Shown in pieces: positions 22,676-33,884 of a DNA stretch of 64,000 nucleotides. Below the pieces are notes generated by a model. The model made no database searches. It saw only the letters and a program-made list of their open reading frames with translations, and was not told where the DNA came from. Source of the DNA: Minutocellus sp. GHC0000111. Taxonomy: Eukaryota. Where the stretch lies: positions 682,001 through 746,000 of the forward strand of contig OZ361256.1 of the NCBI GenBank assembly GCA_977018835.1, given 5' to 3'. How positions within the stretch are numbered: position 1 is the stretch's first letter; each line of letters starts with the position of its first letter. The position numbers and the translations under genes were made by a program.

Positions 22676-24040
22676 CTAGCGAAAAGAATCAATCCAATCA
22701 CAACAGTAATCCATCAATGATCCAACCGTATCGCCAATTTGGTCCTGTATCATTCGAAATCTCTTGGCATTGCCATTCCTTACCACCTCATTCTCGTTGG
22801 CATTGGCAACAGTCGCCGCTGCTACAAGGCCACCTGTAATATGATAAAAACGTGGACGGAAGCCGTGATTGTACGCCGCCGATCCACCGCCCGATGCAGC
22901 CAAGGCTCGAGCCCCGCTTGCCTTGCTGCCAAATACTCCACCCGTCACCCCATTCTTGGACGCTGCCTTGGACAAGATACTCCCCTGAACATTGCTGCAG
23001 CTTACACACTGTGGGTAGAATCGCTGCTTCACTTGGATGCGCAGCAATCGTCTCCACCAACGGGAATTCATGGCACGCGCCACGCTCTTTGGCGGCATGT
23101 GATCGGCATGAAATTTCACCATCGACCCTGCACCATTCGCTGAAGGCCTGGTCCGCGAAAATATCATGCGAGAACCGCACGTATGGCAGCCCCATTTTCG
23201 ACCGACAGACTCAATGACTTTGCGCTGAGCCGAGGTGGCATAATCCATCTTGGCCGGGATGCTATGCGTTACTCGAGCGAAGGAACCCAAATTGGTGTAG
23301 GACGAGGGTGGGATAGACCAGAACCGCCCGCCGAGGACCTTGAAGGTGATGAGGGCCAGTGCGGCGATGCGCATGGCATGTGCTGGGTCCTTGCTCAATG
23401 CCTGGCCAAAGTTGCGTATGTCGGTGTCAATGGACTGCACCCCCGATTGCAATGCCTGCGATGCTCGATCAAAGTCCACAAAATCGGCAAATACCGACGA
23501 TTGCTGTGGCTGTTGCGTGCTTTGTCGCCACCATGATGAAGCCGATAGGCTATCCCGTCGTCGCTTCCTGTTCTGGTCGTTCCTCTGCAGTGCCGTCACA
23601 ACGACGCTGGTGCCATGGGCCGCCAACCCACCCACCGCCACCGTTGCAATCCCGGCAATGGTGGGTACCGGTGGCATAGATCCGGTTGATAGTCGCAATA
23701 TTTTGCCCTGGAACAGCGTCGATAGTGCCAAGGTGGAATAGAACGACAAGGTGCCAGCTGCCATGCATGTTGGTAGGGTCGGTGGAATGGCACTTTGGCG
23801 GTTGCTGATGTCGGAGAGTTGTGCGGATACTGCACCCTGCAGGGACGACAGGGATGGAAATGGCGATGCATCACTTCCTCCCTGATATGGTGAGTGTGAG
23901 GTTGAAATGTCGGAAGACAAGGATGGCGCAGACGATACTAATGATGCCGTTGATGATGGCACGGCACTACCGAGCAATGACGACGGAAGTTCGGACACGT
24001 CGATGGTTGGGAGGTGATGCAGGCTGCTTCCGCCGGTCAT
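22676..24040 (-). CDS. Membrane-associated protein with HNH-like Zn-ribbon nuclease domain
   Basis: Hydrophobic segments followed by SIPA...GRKWGCHTCG...HADHMPP...QRFYPQCVSCSNVQG. Start uncertain. Confidence 0.65.
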   Translation of the reverse strand: MTGGSSLHHLPTIDVSELPSSLLGSAVPSSTASLVSSAPSLSSDISTSHSPYQGGSDASPFPSLSSLQGAVSAQLSDISNRQSAIPPTLPTCMAAGTLSFYSTLALSTLFQGKILRLSTGSMPPVPTIAGIATVAVGGLAAHGTSVVVTALQRNDQNRKRRRDSLSASSWWRQSTQQPQQSSVFADFVDFDRASQALQSGVQSIDTDIRNFGQALSKDPAHAMRIAALALITFKVLGGRFWSIPPSSYTNLGSFARVTHSIPAKMDYATSAQRKVIESVGRKWGCHTCGSRMIFSRTRPSANGAGSMVKFHADHMPPKSVARAMNSRWWRRLLRIQVKQRFYPQCVSCSNVQGSILSKAASKNGVTGGVFGSKASGARALAASGGGSAAYNHGFRPRFYHITGGLVAAATVANANENEVVRNGNAKRFRMIQDQIGDTVGSLMDYCCDWIDSFR

Positions 24041-24351
24041 CGTGGGTGACCAGCGCCAGGTGTCTATCGCGAAGGGGTGGCTGGGCGGTGCTGAGACTAC
24101 GTAGTACCGCGAGGAATACTGCGTACCGACGGCTCCCAACTTGCTCCCTGCCCATTTTTGGCTGTTGGCCTGCGCGGATGCGTATTACGTACGTACGCAG
24201 TCGTTTTCTGGGTCTGTTCATCACCCGTCATTACTCTGACTGCTCTGCAATCTGACTGCTCTCGATCTCGCTTGCAGTTACGTAGTTAGTTGCAAAGTTT
24301 GCGAGTTAGTTGCTCTCACTTTTGCTGTGCCGTGCAACCTCTATTCCAACC

Positions 24352-25353
24352 ATGCCCATTAGAACGAGAGTTACGGAGATGCTCGGCATCGACCATCCGA
24401 TAATTATGGGTGGAATGACCGGCGTTGGCACTCCAGAACTTGCGGCGGCGGTCTCCAATGTCGGTGGTCTGGGCATCATTGCCATTCACAATGCCGGTTC
24501 TCCCGAGGAGGGACGCAAGTGGATTCGTCGTCTGCGGACCCTAACGTCCAAGCCCTTTGGTGTCAACCTGACGATTCTGCCCTCCATGGGAAAGCCTCCT
24601 CCATACGACGAATACGCCTCCGTCATCATCGAGGAGGGGGTGAAGATAGTCGAAACTGCCGGCTCCTCTCCCAAGAAATTCATCAAACGATTCAAGGACG
24701 CCGGCCTCATTACCATTCACAAGTGCGTTGCCATTCGGCATGCCCTGTCCGCGGAACGATATGGTGTGGACATCATCAGTCTCGATGGGATGGAATGCGC
24801 GGGCCATCCCGGCGAGGAGGACATTGCCAACTTCGTCCTGCAGGCCAAGGGCGCCTTGGCTCTCAGCAAGCCCTATGTTTGTTCTGGCGGTGTAGGCACC
24901 GGCAGTCAGATTGCCGCCGCCCTGGCATTGGGTGCGGACGGTGTCAACTGTGGCACGCGATTTTGCGCCACCAAGGAATACAATTGGCCGGAATCCTTCA
25001 AGTCGCGTATGGTTGAGGCGTCGGAAACCGACACTGTCCTCATGCTGCGACGATTGCGCAATACATGCCGGGTATTTCGAAACGACGTTGCCGAAGAGGT
25101 CGAGGCGATCGAAAGTGAAAAAGGTGAAAACTTTGACTTTGCCGACGTTGCCCACCTGGTCAATGGAAAGCGAGGCAGAGAGGCCGAACGACGAGGCGAT
25201 GCGGATGGAGGAATCTGGAGTGCCGGCCAAGTTGTTGGGCTGATTGATGATATTCCAACTGTACAAGAACTAATGGATACTCTCGTGAAGGAGACGGAAG
25301 AGGCAGTGTGTTCTCGCCTCGCCTCCTTGGTTTCTCCCAGAAGTAGACTGTAA
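24352..25353 (+). CDS. Nitronate monooxygenase family (2-nitropropane dioxygenase/FabK-like) flavoenzyme
   Basis: Motifs TEMLGIDHPIIMGGM, AAVSNVGGLG, KPFGVNLT, DGMECAGHPGE, GTRF, WSAGQVVGLIDDIPTV. Confidence 0.9.
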   Translation: MPIRTRVTEMLGIDHPIIMGGMTGVGTPELAAAVSNVGGLGIIAIHNAGSPEEGRKWIRRLRTLTSKPFGVNLTILPSMGKPPPYDEYASVIIEEGVKIVETAGSSPKKFIKRFKDAGLITIHKCVAIRHALSAERYGVDIISLDGMECAGHPGEEDIANFVLQAKGALALSKPYVCSGGVGTGSQIAAALALGADGVNCGTRFCATKEYNWPESFKSRMVEASETDTVLMLRRLRNTCRVFRNDVAEEVEAIESEKGENFDFADVAHLVNGKRGREAERRGDADGGIWSAGQVVGLIDDIPTVQELMDTLVKETEEAVCSRLASLVSPRSRL

Positions 25354-25409
25354 ATATGGCACTTACTTATTCTGGCTGTGTAGCAAGTGATTTTTGTGCT
25401 CTGTTTCTA

Positions 25410-26564
25410 TCAAATACTCCCATCTCCGTTGATTTTGTCTACGAACCACTGTGGGATCTTTCTTGTCGGTCGTCTCTTCTGAGCATCCAATGCCATGATT
25501 GATATTGTTGCTTGTGCCAGCCGGCGGTTTCGATACGTTTCTAACGTTTCGTCCCATGCCGGTACCAGCAACATCTGGTTGCAGTCCAGGATCATTCCTC
25601 CACGTTTGGATACAAAGTTAGTCTTGACGGTAACGCTTTGGCCTGGCAGACACTGTACCAGCGACGACGGAGAGTCATCATTGTCATCGACGTTTCTTTC
25701 TTCTTCCTCCCAACCAGCCTCTCTGAGATTACACAATTCACAGTTATCAACGCTGGTAACCACCCACACGATATTGTCCTCCGACTCCATCTTACGCAGG
25801 GCGTCGGGCCCACCAAGATAATCTGTTCTGGCCCGTTCAAATAAATTCAGAACATTGCGCAGAGGCATTCGATGAGGCAGCGTTGGGTCAAATTCGTCAC
25901 GGTACGGCTTGAATATAGATCGAACGATTGCACCGCTACTTTCATCGAACGGAGGCGCGGTGGGATGATAATGAGGAGGAAGCTCCCCGCTTCTGCTCGG
26001 TGAAGCAATGGTAAGAGTTGCCGTGTTGTAAATTGTTGGCTTTGCATTGTCATCTTCATCTTCATTCTCGGACAAAATATCAGGAGATCTCATCACAAGT
26101 TTCCATTCCTCCAAGCAGGCATTATCTTCATCACAACTTCTCTCCATCAGCTCGCCCTCGACGATATATTCCCCGCCCAGTGGAGGCGAACCCTTGAATT
26201 TGTGGTCGATCACGCCCAATACAAACCACCCAGCATGATCCAGGGCTCCTCCGTCCAGCAGATCAAGTGAAGCCTCATCGCCGTCGCTGACGTCGTGGTC
26301 TGCACCACCACGGTGAAAGGAGGTAACATACGACGGCGGCTTGAATGAGACGGTATGCATTGCACGCTCATATGCACGCAGATAGTTGGCATTGTACATC
26401 ACACCGTAGGCATCGGTGTCTTCGATGTACACGTGAAGCGATGGAGAGCGGAAGGTGACTGATGCTGTTGGTGCTGCTGCCGCTGCTGGCTGCACAGCTG
26501 GATCGAATGCACATGCTTGCTGCAGATGTGACAAAATTGTAACCACACCCACCAACCTGCGCAT
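25410..26564 (-). CDS. Plastid-targeted double hot-dog acyl-CoA/ACP thioesterase (YbgC/4HBT-like)
   Basis: VYIEDTDAYGVMYNANYLRAYERA and a second repeat FERARTDYLGG; signal peptide ending ACAF. Confidence 0.75.
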   Translation of the reverse strand: MRRLVGVVTILSHLQQACAFDPAVQPAAAAAPTASVTFRSPSLHVYIEDTDAYGVMYNANYLRAYERAMHTVSFKPPSYVTSFHRGGADHDVSDGDEASLDLLDGGALDHAGWFVLGVIDHKFKGSPPLGGEYIVEGELMERSCDEDNACLEEWKLVMRSPDILSENEDEDDNAKPTIYNTATLTIASPSRSGELPPHYHPTAPPFDESSGAIVRSIFKPYRDEFDPTLPHRMPLRNVLNLFERARTDYLGGPDALRKMESEDNIVWVVTSVDNCELCNLREAGWEEEERNVDDNDDSPSSLVQCLPGQSVTVKTNFVSKRGGMILDCNQMLLVPAWDETLETYRNRRLAQATISIMALDAQKRRPTRKIPQWFVDKINGDGSI

Positions 26565-26777
26565 GCTGGTAGCAAGTGAGGGAAACATTTCGATCGTGGC
26601 CCCAATAATAGCTCTAGAGTAGTATGGTCGCTCCATTCATTCAAAAACGCATGTCATCGTCATGGGCCTACAGTAAAAGTGCATGTGCCAGAGGCTGGAC
26701 TGTCTCATCCCTACCCCAGCCAGAAGGCGCGAGCAGGCGAGAATACCACAACTCTGGCTTCCAACAACAGGTAATAA

Positions 26778-27356
26778 ATGGCGTCAACCTCTGCTAATAC
26801 TGACACCGACCACTACGCCACTCAGGAGGCATGTCGAAGGCTGTGGGCTGATAAGTGGCTCGACGTCTTCATGGCAGGAGCCTGGGTATCTGGCGAGCCT
26901 CCTCTTCCACCTCCGATCGATCAGCAGTTTGATTGCTACCACCCATTCTGTTGCTTCAGCTGCAAGCGCGGTGCTTTTACAGGTGGGACCAAGCTCTTCA
27001 CCTGCACGTCGTGTCGCGTGGTAAAATATTGCAGCAGGGAGCATCAGAAGAAGGACTGGAAGAACCACAAGGTATGGTGCAAAGCATTCGCGTCGTTCCG
27101 GGAGAGCGGCGATGCGGATTATCTGGCGCTGCAAAAGCCCACGGACATGACCGCATGGCGCCATCACACCAATCGGTTATCGGTCAAGGTAAACTCAAGG
27201 GTTGGTGCGAGGTTACACACTACCGAGGTACAGCTTGTTGCATTGCAACCTCGATGTCGGAAATGCTTGGTAGCTCGTTGCTCCAAAGATATTGAGCTGA
27301 TACCATGTCCACGATGTACTGGGGTTGCACTTATTGCATACTACATGAACATTTAA
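26778..27356 (+). CDS. MYND zinc-finger protein, probably truncated
   Basis: CFSC...CTSCRVVKYCSREHQKKDWKNHKVWC. A second finger (CRKC...CPRC) breaks off before its last ligands. Confidence 0.7.
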   Translation: MASTSANTDTDHYATQEACRRLWADKWLDVFMAGAWVSGEPPLPPPIDQQFDCYHPFCCFSCKRGAFTGGTKLFTCTSCRVVKYCSREHQKKDWKNHKVWCKAFASFRESGDADYLALQKPTDMTAWRHHTNRLSVKVNSRVGARLHTTEVQLVALQPRCRKCLVARCSKDIELIPCPRCTGVALIAYYMNI

Positions 27357-27585
27357 CAGATCGACATGATGAGGCGACATATATATAAAATATGTACGTA
27401 AACGCTTTTCGAATTGTCATCGTGAGGAAAAGGAGGGTATCGCATAAGAGTCATCTTGAGGAGATAGGATCAATAGCGATATGTACATGTGTGTACTACA
27501 AAACGCACGTGTGTAGAAAGTTAGCGCAAAAGAATATCTAAAAGTTAACATGATCTGGCAACAGAATGAATTCAGCAAGGCTCGA

Positions 27586-28035
27586 TTAGAACTCGGCATT
27601 GCTATGACTACTACTAGTATGGGAAGCAACTAGCTTGAGAAGAAAACTATCCCGAGACCTGCCCAAGTGGCTCGCATTCTTCCGAGGTGGCGATGCCGAG
27701 TCGTCGCCCTGTGAAGTGCGACGTCTTTGCGGGTGACGTCGCCGCCGTAGCTGCTGGGTTTTTGGTGAGCCTTCGGCGGTCTTCGTCTCGTAATAGAGGG
27801 CGCCATCGCTAATTCCTTTGTTGGATTGAACAAGCCATGCCCTACCTGCAGATGCGGCAGCAGGATTCTTCTGACTCATCTTCTCTGAGGGTGCAAAAGT
27901 TGCGTTGCTAGTGCCGGTAGCATTACTTGTACTTGTACCGGCGCTCATTGCAGTGAGCATTTTCATTAGCGACGAAATGCTTGGAGCGCTCGGCACCCTC
28001 GTGGTTTCCTCCTTCCTCTCGAGCATTTCGGACAT
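27586..28035 (-). CDS. Hypothetical protein (possibly a fragment)
   Basis: 149-aa ATG ORF with no recognisable motif. Confidence 0.35.
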   Translation of the reverse strand: MSEMLERKEETTRVPSAPSISSLMKMLTAMSAGTSTSNATGTSNATFAPSEKMSQKNPAAASAGRAWLVQSNKGISDGALYYETKTAEGSPKTQQLRRRRHPQRRRTSQGDDSASPPRKNASHLGRSRDSFLLKLVASHTSSSHSNAEF

Positions 28036-28522
28036 AGCTACAAGTAGTGTGTGGTTGCTAAAATTAGATCTGGAAGTAGATCTACTAGACTAGAGGGATT
28101 TCCCGAGAGTAAGATCGTGTGTACTGACACATCTCTAGTTCCAAAAGTATGTTCCTTCGTTGGGGGGAGAAAATCAGTCAAGCGCTGGAACTAAGTGCAA
28201 GGAGAAGCAGCAGCGGCACGACTACATCATGATCGGAGCACGGGCGGCCATAATCATGATCGGAGCGGAGAAATTTGTTTTGTCTCATGATAGGTTTCTC
28301 GGAGCACATAAATTTGTTCTCTTTTGTTCTCTGTGCTCTCACGCACGCCTGCATGTTTTGTTACATGTCATGTATTGGCCCTGTGAAATAGCCTTTTAGT
28401 CAATGATCATGACATTTTTACTTTCTGATGACACATGTACTCTTTTTTGCAATTGTATTAGTTAGGAAACCCATCGGGTCTTGGCCACTGTTGTTTTGAA
28501 CCCGATTTGAGTCCGCCGAATG

Positions 28523-28709
28523 AGCTACTAAGTAGCTACGTACGTACGTAGCTAGCTAGAGTACTACATGTACTTCGTAGTACCTACGTAGCTACTACGT
28601 ACCTAGGTAGCTACGTAGGTACTCTAGCTAGACTACCTAGGCCTAGGTACGTAGCTAGCTAGGCCTACTACTAGCTACGTAGTACCTAGGTACGTGTACA
28701 TGTAGGCCT
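28523..28709. repeat. TA-centred palindromic low-complexity tract
   Basis: Mosaic of TAGCTA, TACGTA, TACATGTA, TAGGCCTA, CCTAGG and GTAC words. Confidence 0.85.
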
Positions 28710-28960
28710 AAATTTTGTGCGTCGTGGTGAAGAAGAAACGATTGCAAGACCGCGCGTCATTACTTCGCTCTAGTCGGAATTCTTAGTAGCGGAAGAAATG
28801 AAAAAGAAATAAATGATTGCAAGGCCATTCAAACATTATTGTCAACAGATTGTCAAGGTGCTCATTAGTACCATTAATTGTGCTGGATTGTCGCCTTGTT
28901 GCTTGTTTCGCAACAATACAGTGCAGCAACAGCACTAACGTTCATCTTTCATTCGCAGCG

Positions 28961-29486
28961 ATGTGTGCAAGTATGGATTCTCCCAACATCAATACGAGTA
29001 ATTCCTCTGCCGAATTAACAAAGAACGCCAAAGATACTACATGTAACATACATTTTTGTCGAAGGACCAAGATCTATCTCATTCCTACAGTCGATGAAAT
29101 GACAAAACATGAGCGTCGTTCAGTCTATAGAAGCCGAGAAGACCAACAGAAATCCCAACAAGACCTTGCCAAAACCATCGTGCTCGCACGCAGTCAAAAT
29201 GGAAGGCTCCCCAAAAAAATTCGAGGCCCATCTTACTCTTCGGGGAGTCGAACATATGGTGAGCGAAGAGAGTGTCAAGAAACGTGCAGCCCGTAAACGG
29301 GCGATCCTCGACGCCGTCCTCGATGAACAAGATCGACAATTTGATGCCTTTGAGGCCGGAGAAACTTCATCGCCGCTAGTTGATGCTGACAAGATAGCCC
29401 TGGTTGCTCAACAGTTTTCCAGTGCTTGCCGGCGCTCCGCCGAAATTCGAGGAAAACAGAATGAGTTGTCTGCGCTCGACAACTGA
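28961..29486 (+). CDS. Diatom-type hypothetical protein (LRGxE...AVLxEQxRQ family) with a frameshift in the A-run near 29213-29219
   Basis: IHFCRRTKIYLIP...RSVY in one frame continues as LTLRGVEHM...RAILDAVLDEQDRQ in another. Confidence 0.6.
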
Positions 29487-29665
29487 AAGATGCGGTAGGC
29501 ACTACGTCGTAGTGTACCTTCCTTACTTGAATATTTATGTGATAAAACTGTACTCTTAGCATAAACATATTTAATTAAATATCAGTTTATTTTATAAACA
29601 CTATTTTTATTTTTCATTGAAGCTTCCACAATGATGGCCCGATTACTAGTATAGTGCGCGTGTAG

Positions 29666-32600
29666 TTATAACGGGAGATACTCCTCCAACCTATCTAAAT
29701 CCGAATGCCACAAGTCTTCAGGCGTTGCGCTCTTAATTGCTTCGAGTTCTTGTTGCGTCTTTTGTGCGTCTTCTCGAAGACCATGGATCTTGTCCGTAGT
29801 CAAAGATGAGAGAGGCATGTTGAGAAGGTAATCATATTCCTTTTCCGGTTTGCCCTTGGATTCAGATAAGACATCCGCTTCCTCGCCCCCACCGTTTGAG
29901 TTCGAAGTCCCGGCAATTTTCTTCAATTCATCGAGCTCTGACGACGATGCAAAGCCAAGACTTTTGAGATTATCCATTGTCTCTGCCTTGGACTTTTGTC
30001 CTCGGACTATATCTACCTTTCCCTCGGTTACTGCCGCGATAAAATTAGCCTTGTTCTGCATTATTGCAGATGAATAGTTGAGAGATGCCTCAAGGAGAGA
30101 TTTCCGATCTCCATACATTTGAAGCCTTGTTGGGAAGTAGGCATCGGCGATACTTTCCGCAGAGTCATAACGCTGGATCATGTTGTTGCTGTCAAATGCA
30201 TGCATATTTGTCAGAAGTAGAGGCGCCTCTAACTTGAATTGTTTGTGAAGCGTGGACCTAGATCCCATTCTAGAAAGCTGAGCCGATCTCATACCGACAG
30301 TAAAGGCAACGGACGTCGTTGTATGATCTTCGACAATATTCTGGATGGTACCTTTATCTCTCATCCGTAGGAGGTGATCCTTATAATCGTTCGTCCACTT
30401 CCCAACAGGTAGCTCACTGATGACTACCGACGATTTCGAGGCCTTTTCTATCTTTCCAATACTATCATATCCTCTACCATCATCTTTCGAAACAATTTCT
30501 CCCTTGAAATTTCTGACCCATGGTTGCAAAGATGGTAGGTCTTGCTTGGAGTCGAGCTTTGCTCTAATATAATCCAAAACATCACGAGGGTTGTGAGGTG
30601 GGATGTTTGTGCTCCACCCAGTACCAATGCCCTGTGCCCCATTCACAAGCAAAAGAGGTATAATTGGACAAAACACTTCTGGCTCAATCGATTGACCATC
30701 GTCCTCCATATACGAAAGAAGTGCATCGTCAACTTCTGGAAATAGAATTCGAGCCAACGGCGAAAGGGCAGTAAAGATGTAACGAGGCGATGCTGCGTCC
30801 TTTCCCCCCGCCAATCTTGTGCCAAACTGACCAGATGGTACAAGCAGGTTGATATTATTGGAACCAACAAAATCTTGTGCCATTCCAATTACTGTGCACG
30901 GTGGAGAAAAGGAGACGAAGGTGAGACCGCATGTAAGGGATTGATAAATATTCACGGAAAACACAAAGAGAGAGAGAGAGAGAATAGAGACCATATCGAA
31001 AATACATGGTACTCAACGTACTTGTTGCGTGCAGCGACGCTTCGCCGTGATGGTATGCTGTATGCTCCGCACAGTATCCAGCCAGCTGGGCTACCTTCAT
31101 TTCCTTCTTCAGATTGCGTTTGAAGCACGCAAATAGAACCTTGCGCTGAGAAGGTTTCAGGCCGTCAATGACACTCGGAATGCTCCGAACATTGTCTGCG
31201 TTAGAAAAGTGAATCATTTCGTTGTTCACAAAGTCTTCAAATGTGACAGAGTTCCCTTCGTCTATGTTGATTGAAATATTCGATGCTTCGTTGTATTCCG
31301 TATTGATCCATTCTCGGCGGTCGCTCGCGCGATGCTTGTCGAAGACCATATCCAGAAGCTCTCCATCCTTGTCGGATTTCCATGCAAAAGGTCGATGGTG
31401 ATCGTCAAAGGCAGAAAAATATTCCTTAGCTTCTGCCGGAGTGCTGGTGCCCAGACCTTTGTAATATTTGACATTCCAACGCTTTATTTCGTTTTCATCT
31501 TGTAGTGATTCGCGCCATTCGTTGTATTCTGCCATGGAGTAGAAGCTATGACTTTGTTTCTTGCCTTTTGTGACTTTCATCAAAGGAGTAATAAAGGATG
31601 ATAGGAAAGGCTTTCCGTCAAAGTCATCGCCCTGATCAATTCCCGATGGCGGTTTGAGCAGCTCGGGCCAAAAGTGCCGAAAGAAATTCATCATCAACCC
31701 CTTGATGTGACTACCATCATTATCTTGGTCGGTCATCAGCATCACGTGTCCATACCGCAATTCTTTTCTCTCCTTTTGGGACGCATATGTCTTCTCAAAA
31801 TCTAGACCGAGAATGGAACAGAGTGCTTTCACTTCGGCGTTCTTTGTGAGCTTATCCAATGATGCGTCCCTCACATTCAGAAATTTACCTCGTAGAGGGA
31901 AAACTCCATATCGATCACGGCCGATCACCTCCAGGCCTGCTACAGCCAACGCTTTCGCCGAATCTCCCTCGGTCAAAATCAAAGTGCAATCAATACCTTC
32001 TTCCGTCCCTGCTAAATGCGCGTCATCAAGCTTGGGGATAGAGACTATGCGACGCTTCGACTGATTCTTCCCCCCTACTTTCTTCAAGAGGTTGGCCTGC
32101 TGTCTTCCTCGGCCGACTCTAACCAGCTCTTCGACAATGCCCGGCCCACCAACGCCGCCATTGTTGTTGTCGGCATCTTCATCGCGAATCAATTCGTTGA
32201 GAAACTTTTCACTCAGCGAGTACCGACTACCAAACGTGTGTGGACTCGACGTGAGCGACTCTTTCATTTGGGAGTCAAATGTTGGATTTTCGATCAGAGA
32301 ATTAATGAACACACAAAGATGTCTCCGCACCAGACCCTGCCCAACGGTCTCGCGCAAATCGGGATGGAGCTTCACGACCTTGTCAACAATCTTCTTCGTT
32401 ACCTGATTCACGATGACATTGACGTGAGTACCGCCGCGGGTGGTGGCCATGCCATTGACGAACGAGACCGATTCAAACGAACCCGAACTGGACAACCCAA
32501 TGCCAACCTCCCACCTTGCGTTGAGCCGCTGAAATACGAGTGGAGGACTATCCGGCGGCCGGTACAGCTGGGCATACTCCTGAAAGCCACCTATCGGAAC

Positions 32601-33581
32601 TCTTCGACCATTGAGCGTCACTTCAAGCTTATCCCCAGCGCATCCCGCCACATCGATGACACGACGGCACATGACGGCATACTCGTCCAAAGGTATAGTT
32701 GTGGCCGTGGCGTCTCCCGTCAGCTTGGGCAAATCAGGAATGAAGGTTACCCTGGTGTAGTCCTCCGTTGCACCGTCCTCCAACGGAATTATCTCCGCTT
32801 CGTTCGCCACCGACATGTTGTCCTCCCATGTTTGCCGATACAGCAACCCCTTGCGCGCATCGGCAGTCTCCACCGTAAACCTGTGTGAAAAAATATTGGT
32901 CAACTTTGCACCGTACCCATGCCGCCCACCGGTGATGCGCTTATCGGAGTCGTTGAAGTTAGACCCCGTCATTAGGTGACCAAAGACCATCTCTGGCACG
33001 TACATCTTCTCTTTCCGGTGGATTTGGACCGGTATGCCCTTGCCATCGTTGTAAACGCTGATGAGCGGTGGTCGACGATCGGTGCCCTCGGCACAGCCAG
33101 GGTCGATGGTCACATCCACACGACTGCACGACTTTGGATGTCGCAGCCGATTGTCTGATGCATTGACCAGTATTTCGTCGAATACTTTGTTTAGAGCAGG
33201 TACTAAGCTGCACTCCCTCTGGACCATACGAGTGCTGTTGAGGTCGCCCGCCGACGAGGATGAAGGGCATGAAGGGTCTGGCAGGGTATCTGGCACCCAG
33301 CACGTCGTGGGAGGCAACCGTTCGGTCGGTCCGACGTACATTCCCGGTCGAAGCAGCACATGCTCCACTGGTGTCTTGCGGCTGTACTGCTCCTCGATGC
33401 TCAGCTGCCGCTCGTTCCCACCCGTCGCTGTTGATTGAAACCTGACCAATGAAAGGGCGGTTGGTGCCGCTGGTGTCAGATGATACTGTTGGGGCTGTCG
33501 AAGAGGATGGGCAGCAGAACGACATGGATAAACGCCCCGCAGCCGCACAGCACCGGCTGCCACCGACCTCAAACGAATCAT
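29666..33581 (-). CDS. TOP2: DNA topoisomerase II (eukaryotic type IIA) with predicted mitochondrial presequence; intron 30892-31021
   Basis: Motifs EHVLLRPGMYVG, FDEILVNASDN, GGRHGYGAKL, TEGDSA, PLRGK, IDGLKPSQRK, YHHGE, catalytic ASPRYIFT. Arg-rich N-terminus lacking acidic residues. Confidence 0.95.
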
Positions 33582-33608
33582 GGGCGCAGCCAGTCGCTGA
33601 CGGGCTCG

Positions 33609-33666
33609 TTTGAATGTGAGGTCAACTGCTAACTGAACTGGCGGTTTTGAATGTGAGGTCAACTGC
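33609..33666. repeat. 21-bp direct repeat upstream of TOP2
   Basis: TTTGAATGTGAGGTCAACTGC twice, period 37. Confidence 0.8.
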
Positions 33667-33884
33667 AGCTCACTTCTCCGGGTTCCTTTTTTTGTCGACC
33701 CTTCCCGGCGCGGCCGCGAGGCCGCGCAGAACTTTTACCTAGGCCTAGGTACCTAGCCTAGGTAGCCTACCTAGGTACGCGCCGAACGCGCGTGGCATGG
33801 GCGGGCAACCGCAACACCAGTATGCCAGGCCCGGGAACGCAAGAACTCACTGCGCTGCAAGCCAACAATAAACCTCCACCAACC

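Noticed and set aside
28090..28520. Possible MITE with internal ATCATGATCGGAGC repeats
   Set aside because: No convincing terminal inverted repeats or target duplication found.
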